Assembly: GCA_048885865.1 (NCBI GenBank)
Contig: JBHLLF010000037.1
Span: 1 to 25,617 of the forward strand
DNA from: Candidatus Hermodarchaeota archaeon
GTDB taxonomy: Archaea > Asgardarchaeota > Thorarchaeia > Thorarchaeales > Thorarchaeaceae
Direction: 5' to 3'
Length of the DNA: 25,617 bases
Shown one piece after another: positions 9,128-18,079 of this stretch (position 1 is its first letter; the number at the start of each line of letters is the position of its first letter). A program made the translations under genes and the position numbers. The notes under the pieces were generated by a model. The model had not been told where the DNA came from. It worked only from the letters and a program-made list of their open reading frames with translations, and made no database searches.

Positions 9128-10671
9128 TATGGAATCACCCCTATCATATCGTTGACTATCGGTATCACTAGATTAAGCACAAGATCTGGCCATAGCCCGA
9201 GTATGATGACTGGTATCATCATCAAGATTGGTGCAATGAGATCACTCCATGGTGCTTCAGTGACTTCCTTCTCAGGATCAGGGTCACTGAACACAATTCT
9301 GTTCAGGGTCCAAAGGAGATATCCTACCGTGACAAAGATCCCAAAGGCGATGAAGCCGGACCAGATGTAGATGTTCACTGACCCAAACAGTACAAGGGCC
9401 TCTGCAATGAATCCGCTCATTCCAGGCAAGCCAAAGGCTGCAAAGACCGCGAGGATAAAGACAGCGGACATTCTAGGAGCTTTCGTCATGAGACCCATGA
9501 CATCAGGAATCAGTCTGCTTCCGGCCGAGTACTTCAGCTGGCCGGCAAGAATGAACATGACAGAAGAAATCATCCCATGGGATACCATCATGAATACTGC
9601 GCCCTGAACTGCAAGGCTAGCTGAGAAGAGTTGACCCTCTGTGGCTCCACCTCCAATGGCAAATCCTCCGATGGCAACTCCAAGTAACACCCATGCCATG
9701 TGGTTGATTGATGTATAAGCAACCATTGACTTCACATCTGTCTGGCCCATTGCTACGAATGCGGCGTAGATGCATGTGAAGACGGCGAGGACGGCGAATG
9801 GGATACTGAGTCGCGCAAATCCTTGCGGAACCATCCAGAGACCCAGTCTAATGAACCCGTATCCACCCATCTTCAAGAGTATTCCAGCGAGTATTACTGA
9901 GCCAGGAGTTGGAGCTTTTACATGGGCCCAAGGTAGCCAGTTGTGCAGAGGAAAGACTGGAAGCTTGACACCAGCACCCAGAAAGACTGCCAGTGCAAAG
10001 CCAATCTGAATGTTGATTGCAATTGGTGCAGCCTTGATCGCAATCATGTTGAATGTACCGGGTCCAAGGAAGAACAGCGCCATGAATGAGACCAACATCA
10101 CAGCTGAGCCAAGGTGTGTGTAGATGAAGAACTTGACAGCTGCGTGTTCACACCCCTCTTCGCCCCATCTTCCTATTATGAAGAACATCGGTATCAAGAC
10201 CAATTCCCAGAAGATGAAGAAGCTGATTAGATCAAATGACATGAATACGCCAAGCAGACCTGTCTGGAGCATCAGAAAGAACATGTAGTACAAGTGCTGC
10301 GATTTCTTGATATGGTTTGAACTGAGTGCTGCAATGAAGACCACGAGGTTTGATAGAAACACCATGGCAACGGATATTCCGTCAACACCTAGGTATATCT
10401 GGAGGAGAGCATTCCAGCTCCCAAATTGCACATCACTAAGTGTGAATGCCCATTCAAACCACATAGCTCCTGGATCTGGCAGAATTGCTACAATGAGGAC
10501 AAATGAAAGCAGGAGTTCAACGAATGTGACAATGAGCGTGAGAGCTCTGCCTCCTCTTGCACCGAGTATGTAGGCAAAGAATGCTGCAACCAATGGGGCA
10601 AATAGCATCAGTGGTAGTATGTTGTCCATTGGCAACATTGCGATGAGGTCCTGGATGAATCCGAGCTGCAT
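9127..10671 (-). CDS. nuoM: Complex I-like subunit M (antiporter-like)
   Basis: LGVDGIS, FFIFWELVLIPM, AVKFFIYT, VKLPVFPLHNWLPWAHVKAPT, LAGILLKMGGYG and GLPGMSGFIAE motifs. Confidence 0.95.
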   Translation of the reverse strand: MQLGFIQDLIAMLPMDNILPLMLFAPLVAAFFAYILGARGGRALTLIVTFVELLLSFVLIVAILPDPGAMWFEWAFTLSDVQFGSWNALLQIYLGVDGISVAMVFLSNLVVFIAALSSNHIKKSQHLYYMFFLMLQTGLLGVFMSFDLISFFIFWELVLIPMFFIIGRWGEEGCEHAAVKFFIYTHLGSAVMLVSFMALFFLGPGTFNMIAIKAAPIAINIQIGFALAVFLGAGVKLPVFPLHNWLPWAHVKAPTPGSVILAGILLKMGGYGFIRLGLWMVPQGFARLSIPFAVLAVFTCIYAAFVAMGQTDVKSMVAYTSINHMAWVLLGVAIGGFAIGGGATEGQLFSASLAVQGAVFMMVSHGMISSVMFILAGQLKYSAGSRLIPDVMGLMTKAPRMSAVFILAVFAAFGLPGMSGFIAEALVLFGSVNIYIWSGFIAFGIFVTVGYLLWTLNRIVFSDPDPEKEVTEAPWSDLIAPILMMIPVIILGLWPDLVLNLVIPIVNDMIGVIP

Positions 10672-10672
10672 T

Positions 10673-13000
10673 CTAGAGCACCCCCAGGGATAGTAGAACG
10701 ATTATGACCAGAATCCCAATCCCGAACATTATCACTCCAACGTAGTCATTGACTCGACCAGTCTGTGCAGACTGACTGGACTCTGAAGCGGCAACGCTGT
10801 ATGTAGAGACCCCTTCAGCAAAACCATCAACGACATTATCATCAAACCATTTCAGCTTCGTTGCTAGACCTTTGCCTGCGTCAGCAGACTTGAAGTCGAT
10901 ACCATCAATGATTTTGTTGTCAACATTCACTCGATAGCGTTCGGCCGCACTCAGGAATTTGTTCAGTATCCAATAGTAGAATTCGTTAATGTACCAACGA
11001 TGCTTCAGGAAGTTGTGCACCCTCCTCCTAAAGCCCTTCTCAGGTACCCAAGTGTTGGGAGTATCAGCACCCCTGATGTACATCACATATCCTGGAATTC
11101 CACCCAGAGCGAGCGCGCCTAGCGTGATCATGAAAGGCACGATTCCCGGATAGGTCAGCTTGACCTCTATCATATGCGCCAAGTTCTCAGCCCATGTATG
11201 ACTCTCTTCAAGCACAATGTTCTGAACGAACGGGAAGACAAGGAACGCAATGACAGTAAAGGCTGCTAGAAGATACAATGGCACCATCATTGCCGGACCT
11301 GGATCATGAGGAGTTGAATGATGCTGCTCTTCGAAGTGGTTGTCATGCGGTTCTTCATGCTTCTCTGAGTTACCTTCATGCGACTCTTCATGCTCCTCTA
11401 GGTCTTCATACTGCAACTCTTCATTGTCTTCTGGTTGCTCATCCTCATGTGAATCGTGTGAGTCTTGTGACTCATCATGGCCATGACTCTCCTTGGAAGG
11501 CCCATAGAAGGTGATACCCATGAGTCGAATGCTATAGAATATCGTGCAGGCAGCTGCCAGGACAGCAAAGAAGAATAGCATCCAACCTATCGGATTTGGC
11601 CATTCAACCGCCAGTTCATAGGCATACTCGATGATAGAGTCCTTTGACCAGAACCCTGAGAACGGCGGGATACCTGCGAGCGCAAGCACACCAATCCACA
11701 TCACGATGAAGGTCTTCCGCATGTATTGTTTGAGACCTCCCATCTTGGTGATGAACTTGGTATGAACGGCGTGTATAACGCCTCCTGATGCAAGGAATAG
11801 AAGGGCCTTGAATGCACCATGCGATATCACATGCATCACGCCGCTCAAGTACGCATCAGTGAAGTGAAGTCCCTCAGCCTGAAGGACGCCGCCCACACCT
11901 AGTGAGAGCATCATGTATCCAAGCTGGCTGAGTGTTGAGAATGCCAGTATCTGCTTGAGCTCGTTTGAGACCATTCCCATGGTCGCCGTCATGAGGGCAG
12001 TAATACCGCCGATGATTGCTACAAAGATGAAGAAGGTCAACGCTGCTTCAAACCCAATTGCCTGAAGTCCAGCGATATGTTCACCACCGTTGCCCTCACC
12101 ACCGGCTGCTGACACCATTGTGACCAGGAATCGAGCGGTGATATAGACACCCGCCTTGACCATCGTCGCAGCGTGGATGAGAGCTGAAACGCTTGTGGGA
12201 CCGGCCATAGCCTCCGGTAGCCAGACCTGCAGTGGAGCCTGTCCGGACTTGCCAATTGCACCCATGAAGATGAGTAGGAATGTAGGCACAAGCATCCCGA
12301 TGCCTGCCATGGTGCTCCACCATGATTGGGCATCAGCCGCCATCTCAGTGAAGGAGAATGTGCCAGTGAAGACGAACAGAATCAGGATACCGCCCAACAT
12401 GAATGCATCACCGATTCTCGTGACGACGAATGCCTTGGTCCCGCAGTGGGTGTTGTACTGTCCCTCGGTTTCGAATTGAAGAAGCGGGTTTGTGGAGTGA
12501 ATGTCTGATGGATCGGTCTCGGGAGGGTTCCTCTTGTCATTCCAGAATCCTATCAAACCATAGGAGCTGAATCCCATGATCTCCCATCCGATAAATGCAA
12601 TCAGAAGGTTGTTGCTGAGCACGAGAGTGAGCATTCCGCCACCGAACGCCAACATCAGGAAGAAGAATCGATCCCGGTCGCCCTCATGAGCCATGTACTC
12701 TGTAGAGTAGACATAGATGAGGAAACACAGAGTGCTGGCTAGAACCCCCATAACAACAGAGAGCGGGTCCAGGAGAACCTCGAACTCGAGTCCTAAGACC
12801 TCAATCCACATCCAGTGCGTGGTCTGGGTCGGGTTTCCAATCTCAGGTAGCAGCGACCAGCATAGAACCATAGAGATTCCCATGAGGATTGCAGGTGTCC
12901 AGTCTCGCGCTCGCTCGCTAAACCTTCCAACAAGTGGAACGAGGAGAGAGCCAAGCAGTGGAATCACGAGGATAAGCCAATAGGGTAGTCCAAGCAACAT
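10673..13000 (-). CDS. nuoL: Complex I-like subunit L with a His/acid-rich loop and an extended lateral helix
   Basis: LDPLS, GWEIMG, KAFVVTRIGD, GKSGQAPLQVWLPEAMAGPTSVSALIHAATMV, FSTLSQLGYM, FWSKD and QTG..Y motifs. ATG at 13000 follows GAGGTGA (track start TTG 13006). Confidence 0.95.
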   Translation of the reverse strand: MLLGLPYWLILVIPLLGSLLVPLVGRFSERARDWTPAILMGISMVLCWSLLPEIGNPTQTTHWMWIEVLGLEFEVLLDPLSVVMGVLASTLCFLIYVYSTEYMAHEGDRDRFFFLMLAFGGGMLTLVLSNNLLIAFIGWEIMGFSSYGLIGFWNDKRNPPETDPSDIHSTNPLLQFETEGQYNTHCGTKAFVVTRIGDAFMLGGILILFVFTGTFSFTEMAADAQSWWSTMAGIGMLVPTFLLIFMGAIGKSGQAPLQVWLPEAMAGPTSVSALIHAATMVKAGVYITARFLVTMVSAAGGEGNGGEHIAGLQAIGFEAALTFFIFVAIIGGITALMTATMGMVSNELKQILAFSTLSQLGYMMLSLGVGGVLQAEGLHFTDAYLSGVMHVISHGAFKALLFLASGGVIHAVHTKFITKMGGLKQYMRKTFIVMWIGVLALAGIPPFSGFWSKDSIIEYAYELAVEWPNPIGWMLFFFAVLAAACTIFYSIRLMGITFYGPSKESHGHDESQDSHDSHEDEQPEDNEELQYEDLEEHEESHEGNSEKHEEPHDNHFEEQHHSTPHDPGPAMMVPLYLLAAFTVIAFLVFPFVQNIVLEESHTWAENLAHMIEVKLTYPGIVPFMITLGALALGGIPGYVMYIRGADTPNTWVPEKGFRRRVHNFLKHRWYINEFYYWILNKFLSAAERYRVNVDNKIIDGIDFKSADAGKGLATKLKWFDDNVVDGFAEGVSTYSVAASESSQSAQTGRVNDYVGVIMFGIGILVIIVLLSLGVL

Positions 13001-13011
13001 TTTCAATCACC

Positions 13012-14529
13012 TCATGGAAGCAAGGTAGCTATTCCTTCTACACCAGGTATGATGACATCTAGTGCCAACCCTGGGAATATTCCAAACAACACAATGAGAA
13101 ATCCAAGGATAATCATCGGGGCAGTCATCCAATCAGAGCTCTCCTTGACATCCTCCAGTTCAGTTGGATGAGGTCCAAGGAAAACCTTCCAAAGATAACG
13201 GAGCATATACCCGGCACTCACTATTGAGCTTGAAACAGCCAAAATGGACAGGACAAAGAACTCGGGTCGTGCGAGCCCTCCTGATCCCATCAGAACTGCT
13301 TCAAAGCCCCCTAGAAACATCATCCATTCACTGGCGAATCCAGAAAGGGGAGGACTCCCTGCAATGCTCATTGCACCGATAGCTGCAGCGAATGCAGTGA
13401 TGGGCATTTTGTTTGAGAGACCGCCCATCTTGTCAACATCCCTCAGATGAGTCTGGTGAATCACCGCTCCAGCGGTCATAAACAAGAGTCCCTTGCTGAA
13501 GGCATGATTGATGAGATGAAACAGACCGCCAGCCACACCAAAAGTGGTAATCATGCCCAGGGCAAAGAGGACATATCCCATCTGCGACACTGATGAGTAA
13601 GCCAGCAGTCTCTTGATGTCTTTCTGGACAAGCGCCATAGCTCCTCCATAGAACATTGTGGCAACACCAAGCAGTCCAATCCAGAATGAGAGCGAGGCGG
13701 CTGCGGGTCCAAGCGTTATGATTCCGAAACGGACGAGAGCATATGCGCCGGTCTCAATCATTGCTCCAGATAGTAGAACAGAGATAGGAGTCGGTGCTTC
13801 TGCGTGAACTGGAGGCAGCCACCAATGCAATGGGAAAGCTGCCATCTTGACTAGGAAGCCGGCAGCGAACAGGATGAATATGATCTGCAACAGTCGTAGG
13901 TCTGACCAGATGGCTGGAGCCATTGCTAGAATAGAGTATAGCTCAAACGTACCCGTAAAGAAGTACAATAGACCCAAGGCAATCAATATACAGACTGCGC
14001 CAGCTTGAGTGTAGAGCCAGAACTTAATGGCGGTCCGTTTTCGGGTTTCAGGCAAGCCCCAAAACAGAATCAGGAAGTAAGATGGGACAAGCATGATCTC
14101 CCAAAAGATGAAGAATTCCAGCAAATTTGTTGCCAGCGTTACACCTTGCATTCCCATGATGAAGAATAACGTGTTTGCAAAGAATGTGGGCTTGTTCTCA
14201 GTATGTTCTGTGTAACCTACGGCATAAATCACCGAAAGAAACCCTAATACTACGACGGCAAACGTGATTGGGAAGGCAATCTCATCAAGGTAGAGACCAA
14301 ACTCCCCAAGTACAACTGACCAGGTGACTTTCTCAGCAGCTCTACCACCTTCCACCAGGACCCGGTAGAATGGAGGTACCATTAGCAATGCGCCCACTGC
14401 TGAGAATCCAACTGCCATCTTCCCTGATGTCTTTTCGAGTCGTCCGCGGAGTAGGTAGATCAAGAGACCTCCTATAAAGAGGACAAGCAAGGACAAGGTC
14501 ATGAATGGAAACTCGAACGACAGCTGCAT
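13012..14529 (-). CDS. nuoM: Additional NuoM/MrpD-like antiporter subunit (M')
   Basis: FFIFWEIMLVPSY, AIKFWLYT, VKMAAFPLHWWLPPVHAEAPTP, DIKRLLAYSSVSQMGY and GFASEW motifs. ATG at 14529 overlaps the nuoI stop (TGATG) after GGAGG. Confidence 0.85.
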   Translation of the reverse strand: MQLSFEFPFMTLSLLVLFIGGLLIYLLRGRLEKTSGKMAVGFSAVGALLMVPPFYRVLVEGGRAAEKVTWSVVLGEFGLYLDEIAFPITFAVVVLGFLSVIYAVGYTEHTENKPTFFANTLFFIMGMQGVTLATNLLEFFIFWEIMLVPSYFLILFWGLPETRKRTAIKFWLYTQAGAVCILIALGLLYFFTGTFELYSILAMAPAIWSDLRLLQIIFILFAAGFLVKMAAFPLHWWLPPVHAEAPTPISVLLSGAMIETGAYALVRFGIITLGPAAASLSFWIGLLGVATMFYGGAMALVQKDIKRLLAYSSVSQMGYVLFALGMITTFGVAGGLFHLINHAFSKGLLFMTAGAVIHQTHLRDVDKMGGLSNKMPITAFAAAIGAMSIAGSPPLSGFASEWMMFLGGFEAVLMGSGGLARPEFFVLSILAVSSSIVSAGYMLRYLWKVFLGPHPTELEDVKESSDWMTAPMIILGFLIVLFGIFPGLALDVIIPGVEGIATLLP

Positions 14530-14960
14530 CAACGGAACCTCCTTCCACGCCACTCAAGTGGGTCTCGATCGAGAGTTTCTATCTTGTCAGGACCGTAGAG
14601 TAAGTCCTCCCTCTCTCCTTCGCTAATATCTACAACCTGAGTGTGAAACAGTGCGTCAAACCTGCAAGCTTGAACGCATAGGCCACAGAATATACACCGT
14701 GTGTAATCAAAATAGAGGGCGGCGTCTTTCTCGAAATGCTTGTCACTCTTATCGATGCTAATAGCGACAACAGGACACGCACGTACACATTGCATACATG
14801 CAGTGCATTTCTCACGTACATGGATATGCCTTCCACGAGTCCTCTCGGGATATTCCCTGTCCTCGAAGGGATAGAAGTATGTGAATGGACGGGACATCAC
14901 TTGACGGAATATGTGTCTCAATATCTGGAATATGTCACCTAGATTTCTGAAGAATCCCAT
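14529..14960 (-). CDS. nuoI: Complex I-like subunit I, 2x[4Fe-4S]
   Basis: FTYFYPFE...RGRH, CTACMQCVRACP and CIFCGLCVQAC motifs. Confidence 0.95.
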   Translation of the reverse strand: MGFFRNLGDIFQILRHIFRQVMSRPFTYFYPFEDREYPERTRGRHIHVREKCTACMQCVRACPVVAISIDKSDKHFEKDAALYFDYTRCIFCGLCVQACRFDALFHTQVVDISEGEREDLLYGPDKIETLDRDPLEWRGRRFR

Positions 14961-14966
14961 CTTACT

Positions 14967-16097
14967 TTACCCTCCTATTCCAAGAATTGCTTGTAGCAAG
15001 GGGATGTTGGCTACTCCCAACATCACAAGCATAACGTTCAGTATTGACAATGGTAGCAGGTACTTCCAACAGAAGTAGACAATCTGGTCTTGTCTTAGCC
15101 GATGGAATGATGAAGTCACAACGACGAAGAAGAAGAACACTATCAGGAACTTGATGATGAAGATCACACTTCCTGGCAAGAAGGCTGGTCCATGGAATCC
15201 TCCAAGGAACAACGCAACTATCAGCGCTGAATAGAGCGCCTGCTCGGCAAACTCCGCGAAATAGGTGAGAGTGAAATAGATACCACTGAATTCAGTCCTC
15301 CAACCAAAGATGACCTCCGAGTCAGCAACTGGAGCATCGAATGGGAATGTACCAACGGATGCGATAGCTGCCACTAGGAATGTGGCAACATTGATTGGCA
15401 ACAGGAAAATGAACCAGATATTTGATTGTGCTTGTGTGATTCCCATTACACTGAGAGAGCCAGCTAGCATTGCAGGTCCTACGGTTGAGATGATGAGTGG
15501 AATCTCACTCGCAAATTGATTGTTGGCTGCTCTGAAGCCACCGATGAGTGTATACTTGGACCCACTTATCCAACCAGATAGCAATGCTACTATAGGCACT
15601 GCAGTTAGAAATGCGAAGACTAGCACTAGGCCGACCGATAAGTCAGCAATGTACCAAATTGGATCCCATGGGATGAAAGCAAATGGGATTAGGACAACCA
15701 ACAACAATAGTGATGGAAGGAACCTATACATCCAGCGTTTCGCCTTGTCAGGGATTATTGTTTCCTTTCCTACGAGCTTAATCGCATCAGCGAAGAGTTG
15801 AAGTCCTCCGTATTTGCCCAAGTGAAATGGACCACGCCTGTCTTGAATTCTGCCCCAGAGCTTGCGAGTAAACCAAACAGCAAAGATGATTGTCATGAGA
15901 ATGAAGACAAGACCTGGGAATAGCACTGCTCGAATTAGGAAGAAGAAGTTGGCTACATCGAATAGAGCTGCCCAAATCCATGTGAAGATGCCCCATATCC
16001 AGTAGAAGATTCCACTGACTATGCCGAACAACCACTGAATGACTCCATATAGCCATTGAGGGATTCCTTGAAGCCATGCAAAGAAATCTATCTGCAA
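14967..16097 (-). CDS. nuoH: Complex I-like subunit H
   Basis: RKLWGRIQDRRGP, LQLFADAIKLVGKE, SKYTLIGGFRA, PFD, EFSG, LFLGG and RLRQDQ motifs. Start is uncertain: TTG at 16097 after GGAGGTG, or ATG at 16112. Confidence 0.92.
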   Translation of the reverse strand: MQIDFFAWLQGIPQWLYGVIQWLFGIVSGIFYWIWGIFTWIWAALFDVANFFFLIRAVLFPGLVFILMTIIFAVWFTRKLWGRIQDRRGPFHLGKYGGLQLFADAIKLVGKETIIPDKAKRWMYRFLPSLLLLVVLIPFAFIPWDPIWYIADLSVGLVLVFAFLTAVPIVALLSGWISGSKYTLIGGFRAANNQFASEIPLIISTVGPAMLAGSLSVMGITQAQSNIWFIFLLPINVATFLVAAIASVGTFPFDAPVADSEVIFGWRTEFSGIYFTLTYFAEFAEQALYSALIVALFLGGFHGPAFLPGSVIFIIKFLIVFFFFVVVTSSFHRLRQDQIVYFCWKYLLPLSILNVMLVMLGVANIPLLQAILGIGG

Positions 16098-16111
16098 CGT
16101 GACACCTCCCA

Positions 16112-17248
16112 TCAGCGATCCCACCACCCTGGATACGGATCAAGCGATCCGAAAACGACAATGAAGTCTGCAAACTTCGCACCCGGAACCAGATGCTTCA
16201 GTGAATAGTAAGAGTTGAAACAGGGGCCACGTATCTTGGCCCTGTAAGGAGTCTGCGCCTTCTCAGTAGTCTTAAGCCAGAGGGTTGAAATTCCTCTTGT
16301 CCCTTCAACACGACCGTAGGCCTCACCTTCCGGAAGTCTGTTGGCCTTGGCACGTGCCTTGGGATCAATGATGGGGCCCTCGGGAACTAATGGTAGTAAT
16401 TTCCGGATTATCTCTGCTGAGGTTTCCATCTCCTTGAATCGCTGGACCATTCTGTCGTAGGCATCACTCTCTCCGGGGTGGTCCTCGCTCTCAGTAATTG
16501 GAACTTCCCAATCGATCATATCATAGGCAAGATTCGGGTCAGGGGAATCTTTGCGGAGGTCCATCGGCAGACCACATGCCTTGATTGGCGGACCGCTAAG
16601 ACCAAACTTCAGACCTTGCTTCAGAGTGTATTGACCAATGCCCTCTGTCCTTGCTCGGAAAGTAGGACTGCCCATAAGCATATCCCGCATCACAGGCATC
16701 CGATCTTCAAACCGCTCTAAAGCAATGTCAAGCTTCTTGAGCACCTTGTCTGTGAAGTCGTATTTCACACCACCGGGTGTGCTATAGGAAACGGCATGTC
16801 GGGACCCGCTGAGCTCCTCGAAAGTATCGAGGAAGAACTCACGGTCAACCCATGGCCACAGCAACATAGCGAATAACCCAAGCTCAGCTGAGAACTGACC
16901 CCACCAGAACTGCAACGAATGTATTCGGCTGGCCTCCATCATGATGGTTCGCATAACTTTCGCTCGTTCAGGTACTTCTAGTTCCGCAATCTTCTCAACC
17001 GCCATGATGTAAGGATACTCGGCCAGAAATGCCTCAAGCATGCAGAGCCGTTCCATGATAAGAGACCCTTGCCTGAAGTTCCTGTACTCCAAGCACTTCT
17101 CAGCTGATCGGTGGAAATATCCGGCGTTAGGGTCGCATTCTACTACAAAGTCTCCAACGAGAGTAAGTTTGGCGGCCCATCCGTGCGCAGATACGTGCTG
17201 AGGTCCGAACCAGACCTCGGTTGTTTCGTCTAGAATGTCAGGGCTCAT
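16112..17248 (-). CDS. nuoD: Complex I-like subunit D (no NiFe site)
   Basis: FGPQHVSAHG, GYFHRSAEK, RTEGIG, GLSGP, GEAYGRVEGTRG, PYRAKIRGP and C-terminal SLDPYPGWWDR. Lacks both CxxC hydrogenase motifs. Confidence 0.92.
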   Translation of the reverse strand: MSPDILDETTEVWFGPQHVSAHGWAAKLTLVGDFVVECDPNAGYFHRSAEKCLEYRNFRQGSLIMERLCMLEAFLAEYPYIMAVEKIAELEVPERAKVMRTIMMEASRIHSLQFWWGQFSAELGLFAMLLWPWVDREFFLDTFEELSGSRHAVSYSTPGGVKYDFTDKVLKKLDIALERFEDRMPVMRDMLMGSPTFRARTEGIGQYTLKQGLKFGLSGPPIKACGLPMDLRKDSPDPNLAYDMIDWEVPITESEDHPGESDAYDRMVQRFKEMETSAEIIRKLLPLVPEGPIIDPKARAKANRLPEGEAYGRVEGTRGISTLWLKTTEKAQTPYRAKIRGPCFNSYYSLKHLVPGAKFADFIVVFGSLDPYPGWWDR

Positions 17249-17766
17249 TCAGTCGCACCTCCTTCTGGTGTCTTTGAAGGCGTTCTGTCGGCCTCCTCGA
17301 GCCGGGCCCTATCTGTCACAAAGCTCTTCCTCAGAGGATATTTCCCTTCGAGCTCTTCAGGAAGCAGCAAAAGCCGGAGATCAGGATGTCCTTTGAAAGT
17401 GATTCCAAACATCTCCCAGGTTTCTCTCTCATGCCACTCCATGCCTGGGAAAATATCACAAATTGTATCCACCTCGGGATTGGTACCCTCAAGTGAAACT
17501 CGGAGGTGATATTGAGTTCTATTGGCTCGCGACCAGAATATGTAGATGACCTCATACTTGTCTTCTTGAAGGTCAACTCCAAAAACGCTCTCTGGAAATG
17601 CATCATCAATCTGCTCGTCAATCATCCCAACAACATCTCTGATCTTGTCCGCTGGTACTATGCACTCAAGGATACCATCTTCCTTTGGAGTACATTCAAC
17701 ACCAGGAAACTTGTTGACAATCTGCCTACCAAATGTGGCACCAGACATAGGAGCACCTTCAGACAT
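17245..17766 (-). CDS. nuoC: Complex I-like subunit C
   Basis: WHERETWEMFGITFKGHPDLRLLLLP...YPLRK signature. GGAGGA upstream. Confidence 0.93.
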   Translation of the reverse strand: MSEGAPMSGATFGRQIVNKFPGVECTPKEDGILECIVPADKIRDVVGMIDEQIDDAFPESVFGVDLQEDKYEVIYIFWSRANRTQYHLRVSLEGTNPEVDTICDIFPGMEWHERETWEMFGITFKGHPDLRLLLLPEELEGKYPLRKSFVTDRARLEEADRTPSKTPEGGATE

Positions 17767-18079
17767 CGATCTTATCCTCCTGTGAGATTGGTCTTCCTAG
17801 GTCCACTGTTCCATGCCGCCTATTGTAAGCAAGCATCAAAACTAAGGCTAAAGCAGTGTGAGCTGCGGCAACTGATATCATGAGAATGATGAGAGCCTGT
17901 CCTGTCAGCGTGAAGGTAGGGCTGTAGACTGCAAAAGCAGCTATAGCGATGCTGACTCCGTTCCCCATAATCTCCGCCCCAATTAGGATTCTAATGAGGT
18001 TCCTTTTCACCATCATTCCATAGGCTCCGAGGCCAATCAGGATGAATGCAACAGCAAGGTACCAAGAAAGCGGGACCAT
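17759..18079 (-). CDS. nuoK: Complex I-like subunit K
   Basis: 3 TM helices; GLGAYGMMVKRNLIRILIGAEIMGNG and GQALII..VAAA motifs. Confidence 0.92.
   Translation of the reverse strand: MVPLSWYLAVAFILIGLGAYGMMVKRNLIRILIGAEIMGNGVSIAIAAFAVYSPTFTLTGQALIILMISVAAAHTALALVLMLAYNRRHGTVDLGRPISQEDKIDV

Noticed and set aside
13012-14529. Stand-alone Mrp Na+/H+ antiporter operon
   Set aside because: No mrpE/F/G or mrpB genes are present, and the gene is coupled between nuoI and nuoL.
16112-17248. Group 4 [NiFe]-hydrogenase large subunit
   Set aside because: Only one of the four Ni-binding Cys is present (ERLCMLE; DPYPGW), and NuoB has the complex I-type adjacent CC rather than CxxC.
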